Positions 14,651 to 28,883 are shown, counted from the stretch's first letter. The stretch: 64,000 nucleotides of DNA from Octopus vulgaris (GCA_951406725.2 OX597814.1:12338001-12402000); one strand, 5' to 3'. Notes: a model not told the origin generated them from the letters alone. Numbers and translations: made by a program.

Positions 14651-15170
14651 ATCTTTGGTCTATTTAGAGACATGCCACTAGTCTCTAAGATTATTGACTG
14701 CTAAAGAAGTGAATGATTGATATCCAGTCATAAACTGAATCTGTAACAAAAAATATTTCAGTAAAAAAATCATCCTAAATACTCTCATAAACATACATAC
14801 ATACATATATGCATATATATTATATATATTTATATATATGTGTGTGTATATGTACAGAGAAAGAGAGAGAGAGAGAGAGACAGAGAAAGTATGTGTGTGT
14901 GTGTGTGTGTGTAAGTGTGTGTTCAGGATGATTTCATTCTTAAATGTCTTTATTACAGATTCAGTGCAGCATTTATGACTGGCAAGTCTTTAAATAGACC
15001 AAAGTTAAATCCTTAAATATTCCACAGAGAGTTGTTTATCTTTGATTAATGGTAAGGCATGAAACGACAGCATGTTAAACGATACTAGTTACTATTTCAT
15101 CGTACCGCCTTAAAAAAGAAAACTGCTAAAATAGATTATTTAAAAAGTGAAAAAATATTTCTGACGCAGC

Positions 15171-15241
<71 letters not shown>

Positions 15242-16534
15242 TATATATATAAATAAATAAATATATATATATATACATATATATAAAATATATAGAGTTT
15301 TGTGACAACTTTCGGATTAAGTTTAAACAAATTATCCAGTTTCTTTTGGCTACAAAAGAAAATTAATTTTTTTTCTATACCTTTAAAAACATTTTCCTTA
15401 GGTTATTAACCTACAAACAAAATCAACTAAAAATATTTTGTTTTACAGAGCTTTTTTTCTCTCACAAAGTGACTTAAAATGCATGTTCTTCTTTAAAATC
15501 TTAAATTGCAAGTTGGGAAATGTGATTTTAAAATAGGTTTTACGAGAAGACTTGTCTAAATTTTTCATAAAACTTACTCACTTCGCTTATTTCATATTCA
15601 TAACTCATTCTCTCTTTCTTTCCTCCTCTCTCTCATCCACTCTGTCGTTATCCAATTCGTTTTTATTCCTCTTTCTCATCTTCTTACTCACCACTGAGGA
15701 CTTAATGTTAAAATACATGCCCGGCCCTTAAACTCATAAATGTATCATAAATATAAATCATTCATATATCTTCTTTCTTAATAAGATCTAACCTAATAAT
15801 TTCTAATCTTCAAAGGAATATTAATGGCTTCGTTATTATAAACAATTATGTAACTCTTCTCTTTAAGAAGGCTTCGAGGTGCCTCGGGTCGAGCACTATC
15901 GCTCCGGAACAAACACACAAAGGGTGCCTATATGATTATCATATGCAATGTTTGTCTATGATGGCGTAAATGGGCGTATAGTTGTCGGATGGTCTCCGGG
16001 TTATCATAACCGTTCGTGAAAAAAAAAAATCACAAATCGTATCATTATCATCTACACAACAACCGCAGCCATCACCACCTACACACATAATAGCACCACC
16101 ACCACCACCACCACCACCACCACCACCACCACCACCAACACCACCAATACCAACACCACCAACACCACCACCACCACCACCGTCATCGTCGTCGTCATCA
16201 TTATCATTATCGCGATGGCCACCTGCTAACGCTACACACCGTCAAGATCAGCATCATCCTCATCATTATTTACAAGAGCATAAACCACGCTGTGCAGCAT
16301 CAACAACACGATGTCTGTGTATGACAATGCCTGTTCTTACAATGTTTGCCCAATGCATGCATTACACGAAAGAGGCATACATGGTCTGTTAGTCCAAATA
16401 CAAATATACTGTTTGTTAGATACTGTTGTATGACTGGTACCTACTCAATTCGCTTCACTTGAAAGATTAAATGGCAAAGCTGACTTTAGCACGATTTGAA
16501 CGTAGCATATTGATGATGATGATGATGATGATGA

Positions 16535-17485
16535 TTACATTCCCATCAGTATTCCAATCACCTTCAAGTCTCTATATATTTTCCAGCTGTAGCTTGTGTA
16601 CTTTAAAGCATCAAGGAATACCTGTATGTTTTTATAACACTCGTTCATGTGTACTGAATGTCCTATAGGAAATGGATGATTTGTTATTACTGTTGAGTAG
16701 TAGTACTGCCTTAAGACTTCTCTAAGATAAATCAATGTATATGCGCTACTCCAGTTGAATATGTTCTCAGACAAAGAGCAAAATAATCAATGTTATTACA
16801 GAAACATAGTGCCTCGTCTACAGAGAAGTAAAAATCTAGATCCCTATTCATCTTTCTGAAATGAATACTGCAAACGTCTTCTTATGCACCTTTATTTTAG
16901 ACGAGATACTAAAAGTTCAGCTTTATCTTTCGACAGTGCCAAGTCTCTAACCAAATTATTCAACTCTCCTTGAGGACATTTCTGTCGTTCCTTTTCATTT
17001 TCGAGTACGAAATCTGCATCTATTGCGGATCTTCTTGATTTCACTTGCGATGACACGATACTCAAGTGAAATGGACCACAAGCGTAACAGAATATATCAG
17101 AACTGTTTTTGAAATGCCTTGACATGCTAATTAGAGTTTGATGATGATGGGACACCTAAAGGAAAAATTACAATATATGAAGATGCAAAAGATATTAATG
17201 AAATATTTTGAGAAAAATACATAACTAAAGCACGTCTAAAATAATGATAAATATAAAATTACATAAATCACACAATTAGTTATAAAATACAAATCAACAT
17301 TCAGCAGTATAAAACTTTAACGGGTGACGATAGTATTGATCGCTGTTATATGCGTATCTTCTCCCTCCCAATTGAAAAACTGTGCATGTTAGAAGAAAAC
17401 TGATTACATTCTTTTGAATTAGCAGAAAAAGCTCCATTTTAAACACCACATAACATGCCTGAAGAAAATTGGTTGTTGATCAGTG
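16535..17485 (-). mobile_element. Chapaev3-type DNA transposon, 5' part with decayed, internally deleted transposase
   Basis: KNSSDIFCYACG; ELNNLVRDLALSKDKAELLVSRLK; PIGHSVHMNECYKN...WKIYRDLKVIGILMG. Terminus CACTG at 17485, next to TAA/TTA. Confidence 0.75.
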
Positions 17486-17599
17486 TTATTATTGTTTTCC
17501 CTTTTTCCTCATAATTTTCTTTCACTTTACCATTTATATTTGTTGGTTTCCTTCCTAACAGAAAATACTTGTTCGTTTAGTTTTGGAATCCATTTCAGT

Positions 17600-20250
17600 T
17601 TCGTTTCTTGCTTTTAAACAGTTTTTGATGTTTCTCTTTTCTCGCAAAAACTTTCTTTCCTTTCTCGAGTTGTATTATATTTACTGGTTTGTATTATATT
17701 TACTGGTTTCCTTAAACAGAGAAAATATTGTTTTATTTTGTTTGAAACTAATCATATTTATAATGGTTTTCCGTTATTATTTTCTCGATATTTTTTAGTC
17801 CTGTAGTTGGATAATTCTATAATAGTTTTCTAGTCGCAGAAGGCTCCTAACACATTGTGTTTTGGGGGATTTTTGCCTATGTATTTTATACAGAGTCATT
17901 ATTTTCTTGTTTGTTTTTGTTTTTTAGCTTTTTGTCAGTTGTTTTCATTTAGTGTCCTGTTAAGAAATAACTATTACTTAACACTTGCGTAGCTCAACGA
18001 GGACAATTTCGCATTTTATTTTTTTTGGTGTCGATAAAAAATGCCAATCCAAGATCGTGAGTTGACGAAACAAGAAGAACACCATATACCTTGCAGTATT
18101 TGTTACGGCTCTTCGATTTCAGAATGAAGACCCCCACCAGGACATACTTGGCTGGTAGGTCTAATCTGATGCCCTCTTCAACAGCACCATCTAATGCAAC
18201 CCACTCCATTGCAAGTATCTTCAGTTCGAGAAACCCACTCCAAGCTCTTCAGTTCGAGAAAAAAATCCCTCTTTCCCACCAGTCACGGAGACTGTGTTAC
18301 GAGATATTAGTACAGTACTCCTCCAGAATAAAAGAGGCATATGCAAAGTACTCCTCCAGAATAAAAGATTAAAACTTTAAGCAAGAATTTTCAAACTTTA
18401 CCTCATATTTTGCATTTAGTTCATCTTTGAAGATTAAACTAATACGTCTACCAGATTTACCCTTATAATTTTTCCTTTGTGTGTTGTACACTAGGTACCA
18501 GTTGACGATAGTGTTGTGGACATTGTGCAGGACGAAAAAAAATATGTGAAAGGACAGGTGATCTCATTGTGAGTCAACGGCCTTCTACATGTGTGGTGTC
18601 TCGTAAAAAAACCTACATTTGGGCTAACAAACTGTGCAGCTGGCCCAAGACCGTAGCCAATTCCAATGAAAAACATACTTTGCCCTCGAGTCGGAGGTCT
18701 AATTCGAGAAAGGTCTAATTCGTTGATTCTTCTATATTTACATTTCTGTATTTGCTCGATTTCCATTATATTTTTTCTTTATCGAGTATATGACATTTCT
18801 CACTCCTTTTATGGTTTTCTGTAATGTCTTTGCCTTTCATTAATTTATTTTTCCAGCTATATGAGCCTTTGCAATATCTCTCCTACACCTGCGCTATATC
18901 TTCTGTTCTTCAAGGCGTCAAATTTTTTTTATCTATATGTTTATTTATCATCTAAGGTATTGCTTTTCAATTGAAAGGAAGCTAGGTTATTCGTTTACGG
19001 GTTTTTGAGTTTGCTGCATCTTTAGTCTCGAAGATTAAGATGGTTTTCCTTCTCCATGAGCAGCCAGGTTATTCTCTGACTGTTATTATCGTATAAAATA
19101 TCTCTATTACCACCTTATATATTCTTGTTTAATATTTTAAATAATTTTGAATATTATCATGGTGACTTACTCTTGTTTTACTTCTTCCTAAAATTCTTCT
19201 TCTACTATTAATGTCGGTGCAGTATTGATTTCTATTTTATTTTTACCTATGTTTTGACAAAATTATTTTGTTTTGAAATTTCTTTCTTAAATTTTGTATT
19301 CAACGTGTCAGTGTTGTTTTTCATACAAACTGATCGTTTGTTTCTTACATTCCTCGGATTCAGACACTCCACTTCCTTTCTCTGGTACATGTCAGCTATT
19401 TTATTTTAAAGTTTCGTGGTTTTATTACTGAGTTCTTTCAAGACTTTCAGATCTTTTCTGTATGTCTGTTGATTGCATGTCTTTCGATATGCCTAAACGA
19501 AGGGATTTAAAAACGTATCCACTTTTATTTGTAACTACAGTCTAACTATCTACATTAATTTAATCTGATGATATTTGCTTCTGTTTGCATTGTACCTGTG
19601 ACCCTCAGGTTTGCGATTTTATTGATGCTATTTTATCACTGTGTTGTATCCGTGGAGATTTTTTTATTAGCCAACAGGAATATCTCTTGTTTGTAATTCT
19701 CTAGTTATTTTACACATATTGATAGTCATGTTTATGATTTCATCTACTTAAATAGTTTTTAATATTCCCGTTTATTTATAATTTTGTATGCTTTGTCCTG
19801 GCTCGGTTTCTTTTGGTCAGTTTACTTGAGATGTTTTATAGTTTTCCTTTGTCCTTTTCTGGTATTTTCTTTGCTAGATACATCGTCGTGGTTTTTTAAT
19901 GTCGTACTTTTGTTATTTACTTTTTCTGTCTTTTTTCCTTGCATTTTCATTTCTTTTAAATGTTCTAATTCGATTTCTGATGTATTCAATATAAAATTGT
20001 AGTTTTTTAAGTTGTCTTGCCAGTTTGGATCAGTTCTCACATTTATGTTCTCTGAAAATTTAATGCGTATTTGATAGCTTTGTTTCCTTTCGCAGAATAT
20101 GGCCGTAACATATGTGTTGAGCATAAACATTTTCCTGTTGTCTCCGTTTATACCTCGTCTGTTATATACGCAAAATCGGAAGAATAAAACCAAGCCTTAT
20201 ATTTAGAGTGACATCGTCAGATATAGATTCGATTCTCCCTAGTTTTATTG
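17600..20250 (-). mobile_element. Possible highly decayed L1/Tx1-like LINE
   Basis: A-rich minus strand with colinear but faint motifs: RITWLLMEK (cf. SRxxWxxxGEK), PLTHNEI, GKSG, YKI. No intact motif. Confidence 0.3.
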
Positions 20251-20687
20251 AGTTCTACACATAACTTTTAATACATATTGTGCTCTTAAAACACGAACTG
20301 ATATGTGTATTGTTTGTAGATGAAAGGAGTCGGTCTTGTGTTGATATGAACAAATAAATTTGTTTATACTTGGTGACAGGCTTCCGAACACAATAAAATT
20401 TTTTTTAATATATTAATTATATGAAAATAAAATCAATAAATTTTATAAATCAATAAATTTTATAGATAATTATCTTTCAACATTTCAATCGATCACTTAA
20501 CCACTTTTTATATTATTTCTATCATTATAAATGTCCCTGTATTCTCTATTCTTCGTCAAAATATACCAGTCAAATACTGAGGTCTATGGTACCGACTAAT
20601 ACCTGACTATCCAAATCGCTGCCCTTGTATCTAAGTTAGAAACCAGCACCACCACCATTATTATTATTATTATTGTTGTTGTTGTTG

Positions 20688-20764
<77 letters not shown>

Positions 20765-21300
20765 GAGTGAGTGAGAAGTGCATGCCATTAAAGTGATATT
20801 GCGGTAAAATATACGAAGCCCAGTATACCCATCATAACTACACATCTGTAAGAACAAACCAGAGACATGTACGTGACATAGTGATCTCATATCAAGATAA
20901 ACAGCGCATGACCTAGCAGGTGGGGCCCAGTTAGAATTTCCTTCACGTCGAGTAGCCCATGCCGCTCAAAAGGTCCCTGAATAAGGGTTGTTTAAGGATG
21001 ATGAAGAAAACACCCATGTTTCCAAACATGAATTATCCAAACCCCAAAGAATTCCTCTTAACACATGGCTATGATGCTCTCCCATTTCTTCTGCTCGTGA
21101 TCAGAGATGCACATATCGCCAGTCACTAAGGGATATGCTCAAGTGGTTATGGCCAAACAGTTGACAAGCAAATATGCAGTATTGAGCAGAATATTTGCTG
21201 TAGCCCATCTCTTGTACCAAGACAAAACCATGTACATGATAACACTTCCAATCAGTTAAGATCAGAAGCCATGAGAGCCCCTGCCTGATACTGTATCAGG
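20765..21300 (-). mobile_element. ~540-bp non-coding interspersed element after a (TTA)n array (copy 1; strand inferred)
   Basis: Colinear with 54633-55186, with the same ends (gagtgag... / ...ctg.atcagg). Long (TTA)n on the left; short decayed attattagtagta on the right. Confidence 0.85.
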
Positions 21301-21332
21301 ATTATTAGTAGTACTATAATCATCATTATTCA

Positions 21333-21530
21333 GGCGGCGTTCTGGCAGAATTGTTGGCACTCAGGGCAAAATGCTTAGTAGGATTTCGTCCGTCTTTACC
21401 TTCCGAGGTCAACTTTGCTATTCATGCTTTCAGGGTCGGTAAAATGAGTACCAGTTTAACACGGGGGTCAATGTAATGGACTTCTACCCTCCCCCAAACA
21501 TTTCTGGTCTTGTACTTGCAATAGAAAGTA
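21333..21530 (+). mobile_element. Decayed SINE-A-related copy
   Basis: ggcggcgttctggcagaattgttggcac...ttcatgctttcagggtcggtaaaatgagtaccag. Confidence 0.7.
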
Positions 21531-21650
21531 TTATTTATTTTTATTAATTCTTTTATGTCGGTGACGATAATGATGAGATTTCATTTCTTCAAATGTAAAC
21601 TGAATTCCGTAAACATAAAGTGAAAATATCATTCTTTTATAATACGTCAG

Positions 21651-21821
21651 ATTTCGGCAACTAATTGTATTGAATGTCCACTTGGCATGTAAGTGGTAGT
21701 ACGATCTCCCGGCTTGGATATTGTACTTTGCTCGACACTTCTTTATGTGATTTTTACCTCTTTTTTTTTCTGTGTTAGGTGCTACATGTCTTATACAGAC
21801 ATACTCTTGAGTGTAACATAC
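21651..21821 (+). CDS. Two candidate micro-exons (21651-21688, 21779-21821) of an unidentified host gene
   Basis: cag|...|gtaagt and polypyrimidine-tag|...|gtaagc. The joined 81 nt are open in one frame only: ISATNCIECPLGMCYMSYTDILLSVTY. Confidence 0.3.
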
Positions 21822-22199
21822 GTAAGCAATGAAAGCACTTCATAATAGTTAAATTGGTCAATTTTAGTTACGTAATACAATCAACCACTAGTTTACAATA
21901 TAAAGTGTTACTCTGTTTGGGAGCTTATATCATCTGGTTACAAATTTATGGCCTTGGACCTATATCAAGAATTATCTTTCGCGTCTAAGGTTATTATAAG
22001 GCGAGAAATGATGTGGGTGCTGACAGTCAATTAAATCGATTTCAATAAATCACCTGTGTTTATTTTATCGATTTTGGTAGAATAAACATGTTCAAGATTT
22101 GAAGTGACAACATTAGCAGGATTTAAAGGGACGACGCTTTACTAAACCTGCCAACTATCATTATTGCACCCAATATTAATAATGAACCTTTTGCAGGTC

Positions 22200-22620
22200 C
22201 AAGGCATCAAATGTGATTTCAAATTTTGGCACCATATCAGCAAGTTCAAGGAAGAGAATGAGTCGATTACATCTACTCCAGTGCTCAAATGGTCTTATTT
22301 TATCGACCTGGAAAGGATGAAAGGCAAAGTAATATTCGGAGGAATTTGCACTGAGAAAGTAAGCATTTGCCTGCCGTGCTAAAGCGTCTGCCAGCTGGCC
22401 GCCTTGGAAATATTGGTTTCAAACGCTGATACAAGGCCAAGAATTTGAGGTGAGAGATATCGATTATATCGACCCCAGTGCTTAACTGGTACTTATTTTG
22501 TCGACTCCGAAATGATGAAAGGTAAAGTCGACTTCGGCGGAATTTGAACACAGAACGTAAAGATGGGTGAAATTACGCTGTTTTGTCCTGCGCAGTAACG
22601 ATTCTGTCAGTTCGCTGCCT
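22200..22620 (-). mobile_element. Two or more old SINE-A-related copies
   Basis: Repeated tcgacc..gaaaggatgaaaggcaaagt..cggcggaatttgaac motifs. Confidence 0.7.
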
Positions 22621-23400
22621 TACAAGGTCTTAAATATTAACCCCAGTACATAACTGGTGCTTTATTTTTATCGAACTTAGAAAGAGGAAGGAAAACGTTG
22701 AGCCTGCGAAATTTAAAAGTCACTCCGTCAAGACATTGTAAAAACGATAGATATATTTTAGACATTTTTATATTCATAGGCCTATTTGTTCGCTTCATTG
22801 TATATATGTCACTGCTTATGCAAGTATGCGTGGTTGCATGTGTGTTTGCTAGTTTCTATGTGTATGTTTGTGTGTCTTGGATGGTTTGTATGTATGTATC
22901 TTTGTGTGTCCTCTCTGGTTTGTATGTGTATGCCTATGTGTGTTTGTTAGTTTGTGCAGACGCGCGATGTGTGTACAAGTTTTTGTGTAATTTCAAGTTA
23001 GGAATTTATATGATATCAAATATAGCTTTTGTTGAACTTGAAATCTACAGAAAATAAAACACTTCAGATTAAATCGCAAATCCCTTCTCTCTTGTCTCTC
23101 TCCCTCACACACACACACACACACAAACACACACAGAAGCCCCCCCCACACACACACACACAGATACACACCCTCTCTCACTCGTTCGCTCACTTACTCT
23201 TTTACACCCTACCACAATTGTTTGGTGTCATAGACGGTCAGATGTTAAACAGTATGCTGAGATACAAGGAGCGAAACAAAAATTGAAAAAAAAGCAAAGG
23301 AGCGTAAGCAATCGTAAATTTAAGTATCATGTGAACCGTGTATACGAGTGGATACACGTAGGGTTATCTTACACACATACATCTATGTATGTACGTTTAT

Positions 23401-23444
<44 letters not shown>

Positions 23445-23478
23445 AAATGTAATATGTGACAATTATTCGGTAGCCATT

Positions 23479-23525
<47 letters not shown>

Positions 23526-24342
23526 TATATATATATATATGTGTATGTATGTTGTATGTTTTTATGTATGTTTGCATGTATGTGTGTACGCATGCATATA
23601 ACATATCCACGCACACACAGAAAGATACACATACATACATTTCACTTTTATATAAGAGCTTTTTCCTAAACCCACTGTAAAAAAAAAGGAAAAACTATAC
23701 TTTCGAGACACTAACCCCTAGAGAGAGCGTACATGCTTAGCCTCTACACTAACACACACAAGCGTACACACATACAGCAACTCACATATACACACACATA
23801 GGTATATCCGTATATGAATGGCTATATATGTATATATATATATATGTGTGTGTGTATATATATATATATGCATGTATGTGTATAAATAAATGTCTAGGAA
23901 TATGTGTATGTCTGTCTGTGTGTATATATATGTATATATATATTTGTATGTGCACACAAGAGGATACATATATACGTAAGTGCGTATATATGTATATATA
24001 TTTGTATGCCCGTGCGAGAGGATATCTATATATATATATATACATGTCTGTGTGTGTGTGTATGTGAGTCTGTCTGACTGTCTGTGTGAACCGGCATAAG
24101 CATAAATTTAAAGACTATATGTCACATGTGTATCCATAAAATGTCTCCGCACATCGCAAATATCACCCGCTTATATCAGATTTATCGGACAATTGCTTCT
24201 TTTGTTCATTTGTGGAGCAAGTCGTTACTTGCGACTTGATAGGGCATATCACCATTGTACTGTTTCCATATGTCAGACATTAGACAGTGAAATAGCGCAG
24301 TTCATCTAACTAACTAACAGACTAAATAACTAACTATATATA

Positions 24343-24909
24343 TTGGGTTGTCCGGAAAGTTCGTGCCGATTTTTAAAGGAAAGAAAAAGTGTCAATAAAT
24401 ACTTGCCATTACATTTTTAATCAACCAAATATGAACCATTTTGTTGCACAATGCGTCTCCATCTTTCGTTTAACTTGAAAATACCCTCTTCCAAGAATTG
24501 AGGTAGTTTCATGGCAAAGAATTCACCAAGGTATCTTTTTACGTCATCCAAGGAGTTGAAATTTTTACCATTAAGACTATTTTGCAGAGACCTGAATAAG
24601 TGGAAATCCGAAGGTGCAATATCTGGTGAATATGGAGGGTGGGGTAACACATCCTAACCGAGCTGCAGCAATTTTTGTCTGGTTCTCAAAGCATCATGTG
24701 CCAAAAATGAACTTTCTTACCTTCCATTTTAAAGGGTTACAGAATTAACACAGGTTATAGGAACATAAACCTTCTTCCACGAAAAGATAGCTTAAACTGT
24801 GCTCTAAATGGAGGTGTAGTCAAATCCTATATTAAGGACTCAACCATGTTCTACAGTAAGTCGAAAGGTAAGCTACTATAAATCAGCACGAACTTTCCGG
24901 ACAACCCAA
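24343..24909 (-). mobile_element. Internally deleted mariner (~570 bp) with both TIRs
   Basis: TIR ttgggttgtccggaaagttcgtgc(c/t)gattt at both ends with TA flanks. N-terminal MEGKKVHFWHMML is fused to C-terminal LPHPPYSPDIAPSDFHLFRSL. Confidence 0.93.
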
Positions 24910-25471
24910 TATATATATTTGTGTGTGTGTGTGTTATGATGTTGCGTGGGAAGGCGCAGTTCGTGAAGGTATGTAACATTGACTTTGGATAGGTTAAAAC
25001 ACACTACTCATGTGTTACTCCGATCATGGATAATCATTTTAAATACGTTCGTTGAGAGAGTTAAGCTTTGCGGGGAGATGAGAGAAGGAAAGTGGGAGAG
25101 AGGGCAATGTTCTTGGCAAGTAAAGAGTAGAGAAAGCGATGAACTTGTGAGTTAAGCTTGGAAAGGGCTGTGTTTGAAATAGTTAAGCATATATAAAGCT
25201 ATGTACATACTTGGTTAAGTGTAGTGATATAAAAGTATATGGAGAGGACTATATGTTTTGAAAGATAATCATGTAGAGAACAATGTTCCTTGATTAAAAG
25301 TGGATAGAGTAAAATACAAGGAAAATTGGGCAGGGCACATATGATGGACTGGGAAATATAAAGGCAAGGAGAGTGAGTGAGAGAGAGACGGAGGGGGGGG
25401 GGGAGACTGAAACAAAGATCGATATATATAAATAGATAGATAAATAGATAGATAGATAGATATGTAGATAT

Positions 25472-25504
<33 letters not shown>

Positions 25505-25788
25505 GAGGGAGAGAGAGACAACAAGACCAGAAAGAGAGACAGACCGAGAAGTGTATGGAGTGCTTAAATTGGAGAGAGTCATGATGAATTTTGGAAACTG
25601 AAAAATGGAGGGCAATTATAGTTGTAAAGCTGGAAAAATTAAGTCTGAAATGAGATGACTGAGCCTTCAAGTAGTGATCCTTGAACACCCTCATTTATGG
25701 GATGTACAATGTTTGAAAGACAAAGCACGAATTACGTTCTTTGGTTTCGTCACTTATTTGATAATATTGGTTGCTCCTACCAAGCTAA

Positions 25789-26050
25789 AAAATAAAAAAT
25801 AAATGCACCCTTTTAAAGCCTAGCCAGGCTCATGGGCCCGGTTTCCCGGTTTCAATGGCGTATGTGTTCCCCAGCTGGACGCGACGCCAGTCCATCGCAA
25901 CGTTACTCAATTTTGCCAGCTGAGTGGACTGGAGCAACGTGAAAGGAAGTGTTTTGCTCAAGAATACGACGCGTCGCCCGGTCCAGGAATCGAAACCACA
26001 ATCTTACGATCATGATGCTGACACCCTAACCACTAAGCCACGCGCCGTCA
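25789..26050 (-). mobile_element. SINE family D (tRNA head, CORE-like start, V-domain-like gcgatggactggcgtc.cgtccag)
   Basis: tggcttagtggttagg A-box and ggtttcgattcc B-box; imperfect TSD tcctac.aa.ctaa; A-rich tail. Confidence 0.88.
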
Positions 26051-26352
26051 TCCTACGAAACTAATCGTTATAAAATTCTTCTTACTACGGAAACCTACAA
26101 GTCCTGGTTTCATGTCTCAACGCTATCCTCTCACTATGCCATGCAAAGATCCCGACCGGTGACCGTCCTTCTTGGTTAAGTAATAACTCCATAACTCAGA
26201 CGCTTATCGGCAATTATTCTAAAGCCATATTAAGTACGATGGCACTCAAAGAATAACGAGCACACAGCAGATCTAAAAAAAAATTCAATTTGATTCCAGA
26301 CGACGAACATAACAAGTAATTGCATACACGCATGCACATATATATTAACCCT

Positions 26353-26400
<48 letters not shown>

Positions 26401-26926
26401 AACATACAAATACACGTTCAAATACAAGCACGCACACACAGGCATATCTCTCTAATGCTAAACTGGTAAGAGCTTGCTCACACTGTTGGCAAACAGTAGT
26501 TATTGTTTGAAAGAGAATATATATGAAATAAAGCTACATAGAAGGTATATATCTAGCTTTGGCCTATAATGAATCGTGGTTACATTTCATATCTTATTTA
26601 CAAGTCTATTGTTTTAAATACAATTAATACTACGGTGCTTTATCAAATGTACAACGGGTGCCAATTTCTTTTTATATATGCGTCAATATTTGTATATCAA
26701 GCAATATGTAAACATCCTCAATGTTGAATTTACCGATCGTTCGTTTGTTGTATCTATTGGCTTTATCAAGAAGTCTTATCTCTATTATAACTTTAGAACA
26801 GAAATGCATTATGTATATATGCATATATAAACAGACACATATACACACATACACAAACGCAAACATATATATATATATACACACAAATATGATAAAATAT
26901 GCATGCAGACATGTATGTATGTAAGC

Positions 26927-26969
<43 letters not shown>

Positions 26970-27004
26970 AATATGTTAAAATATGCATGCAGACATGTAT
27001 GTAA

Positions 27005-27053
<49 letters not shown>

Positions 27054-27062
27054 GATATATAT

Positions 27063-27097
<35 letters not shown>

Positions 27098-27746
27098 CTC
27101 ATATCTATATATGTATGTATATATACATGTCTCTATGCGTGTGTATTTGTGTGTGAACTCGCGCTTGTATGTGTGTGTTTGTATATGTTATTTTAAAACA
27201 GTGGGTGGGAGACAAAAGACTTGTTGTTTCATTCAAGAACATGTCAGAGGCTAACCGAATGAGATAATGCAACTTCTGTATATCTGTTAGCAGGGCAAAG
27301 TGTATTTGTATTAGTAATGATGTGAATAAAGACGGAATAGGGAAAAGCTTGCAAGTAAAAGCTAAAAGGAAATGAGTGAATTACAAAAAAAAAAAAAGGG
27401 GCTGAATAGTACTTTGTTTAGAATAGACAGGTAAAGAATAAATACGATATGGGAAGAGAAACAGAAGTATAGACAGGTGTGTACGATGTGTTGACGATGA
27501 AAATGATCATGGTGACAATGACAGTTATGACGTTGTTTTTTGTTGTTGTTGATGATGATGATGAGGATGATGAGGGTGGTTATGATGAGGACATGATAAT
27601 AATAATAACAGGTAAATAAAGATGGTTAGGTAGTTTCTAGACCTATGATGACAATAACCGTACTAGTTGTACTGACATTCAAGCAAATACGTCCATCCAT
27701 CCATCCATCCGTCCATCCATCCTTCAGTCAGTTTGTCTGTCTCTGA

Positions 27747-27778
<32 letters not shown>

Positions 27779-27779
27779 A

Positions 27780-27882
27780 TACGAAACATTAAACCCTCCT
27801 TCTTTCCTGAGCGTCCAATAATACTATACTTGTTCCACGTGCTCGCGTTGTTGTGTTTTCTCTTTGTGCTCTCATGTTTGGA

Positions 27883-27887
<5 letters not shown>
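27780..27887 (+). mobile_element. Truncated Penelope-like terminal fragment, same family as 63055-63245, ending at (TA)n
   Basis: gaaac.ttaaaccctccttctttcctgagcgtccaataatactata...gtttggattaa shared with the 63.1-kb copy. Confidence 0.7.
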
Positions 27888-27923
<36 letters not shown>

Positions 27924-27956
27924 TTTATCTAAAAGCAGCAGAAAATTCAACAAAAC

Positions 27957-27994
27957 CTGTTACTCTGAGTTTCCCGTTGCCGTTCATCGGACAG
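27957..27994 (-). ncRNA. Type-I hammerhead ribozyme-like motif (variant core CCGAUGA)
   Basis: ctgt-ccgatga-acg(gcaa)cgg-gaaa-ctcagag-ta-acag: stem I ctgt/acag, GCAA-capped stem II, stem III ctc/gag. Confidence 0.55.
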
Positions 27995-28410
27995 TTTTTG
28001 CTAGAATGGAACCGATATGTCAATTCTATCCAGACTATTACAAACGCTATATATATATATATTTCTAGACCTATTGGCGTAACCCGTTATGGTAAAGTTT
28101 TTATTTTACTTTTTTTATTACTTATACACCCTGTTACCCCTAAAGAAAATTTAACCCACCAATTAATATTTTTAATTTTAGTCATTTGCTCAACGTCTTG
28201 AAGCATCACATATGCAAAATGGTATGATTTGAATATATTATACCTTTCTTCTTTTCGAGGGTCTTTTCCTTTTCTTTTCTTTTATGTATTTTTCACGCTG
28301 ATTACGCTCCATGTTCCAGATCGGATGTGTTGCAAAATATAATGAAAATTATTTTCAGAACTTTCAATGGCAAAACTGTGGAACATTGGAAGCAGAAACG
28401 GCTGTTAGAC

Positions 28411-28445
<35 letters not shown>

Positions 28446-28842
28446 TGTGAGATATATAGGCGTCTGCATGTATTTGTGGGTGTATGTAAGTATATATATA
28501 TACAAATTCAGAGGTAAACTCAAATTAAGCATTCATACTCGTACATTTATAAATTCGACTTAAAATGCGTATACATATATTAATACACATCGACAACACA
28601 TATGAGTGTTTTTAAAAAGAAATAGTCGATGTTAGTCAATTGTTATTGATCAATATTTCTCCATTTTATGTTTATTTTAAATTTGATTCCTGATAAACTC
28701 GTGTTTATCTTTGTCATTACCTGTATCCTATGAACATAATATGCTTGTATATGTATGCCCACAGTTAACATAGGTAATTATATCGGTAGTAAAACGGATA
28801 TTTTTATCCCTTAGACGGTTATTCCAACCTGTAACTCTACTA

Positions 28843-28881
<39 letters not shown>

Positions 28882-28883
28882 CT

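Noticed and set aside
15857-16020. GC-richer unique segment after a pyrimidine-rich AG (possible exon); similar cases at ~2428, ~46919 and ~56405
   Set aside because: There is no convincing donor site, frames close quickly and no domain is recognisable.
15982-16392. Proline-rich ORF resembling formin/extensin
   Set aside because: It derives from (CCA)n/(TCA)n simple repeats, starts at a non-ATG codon and has no supporting splice or domain evidence.
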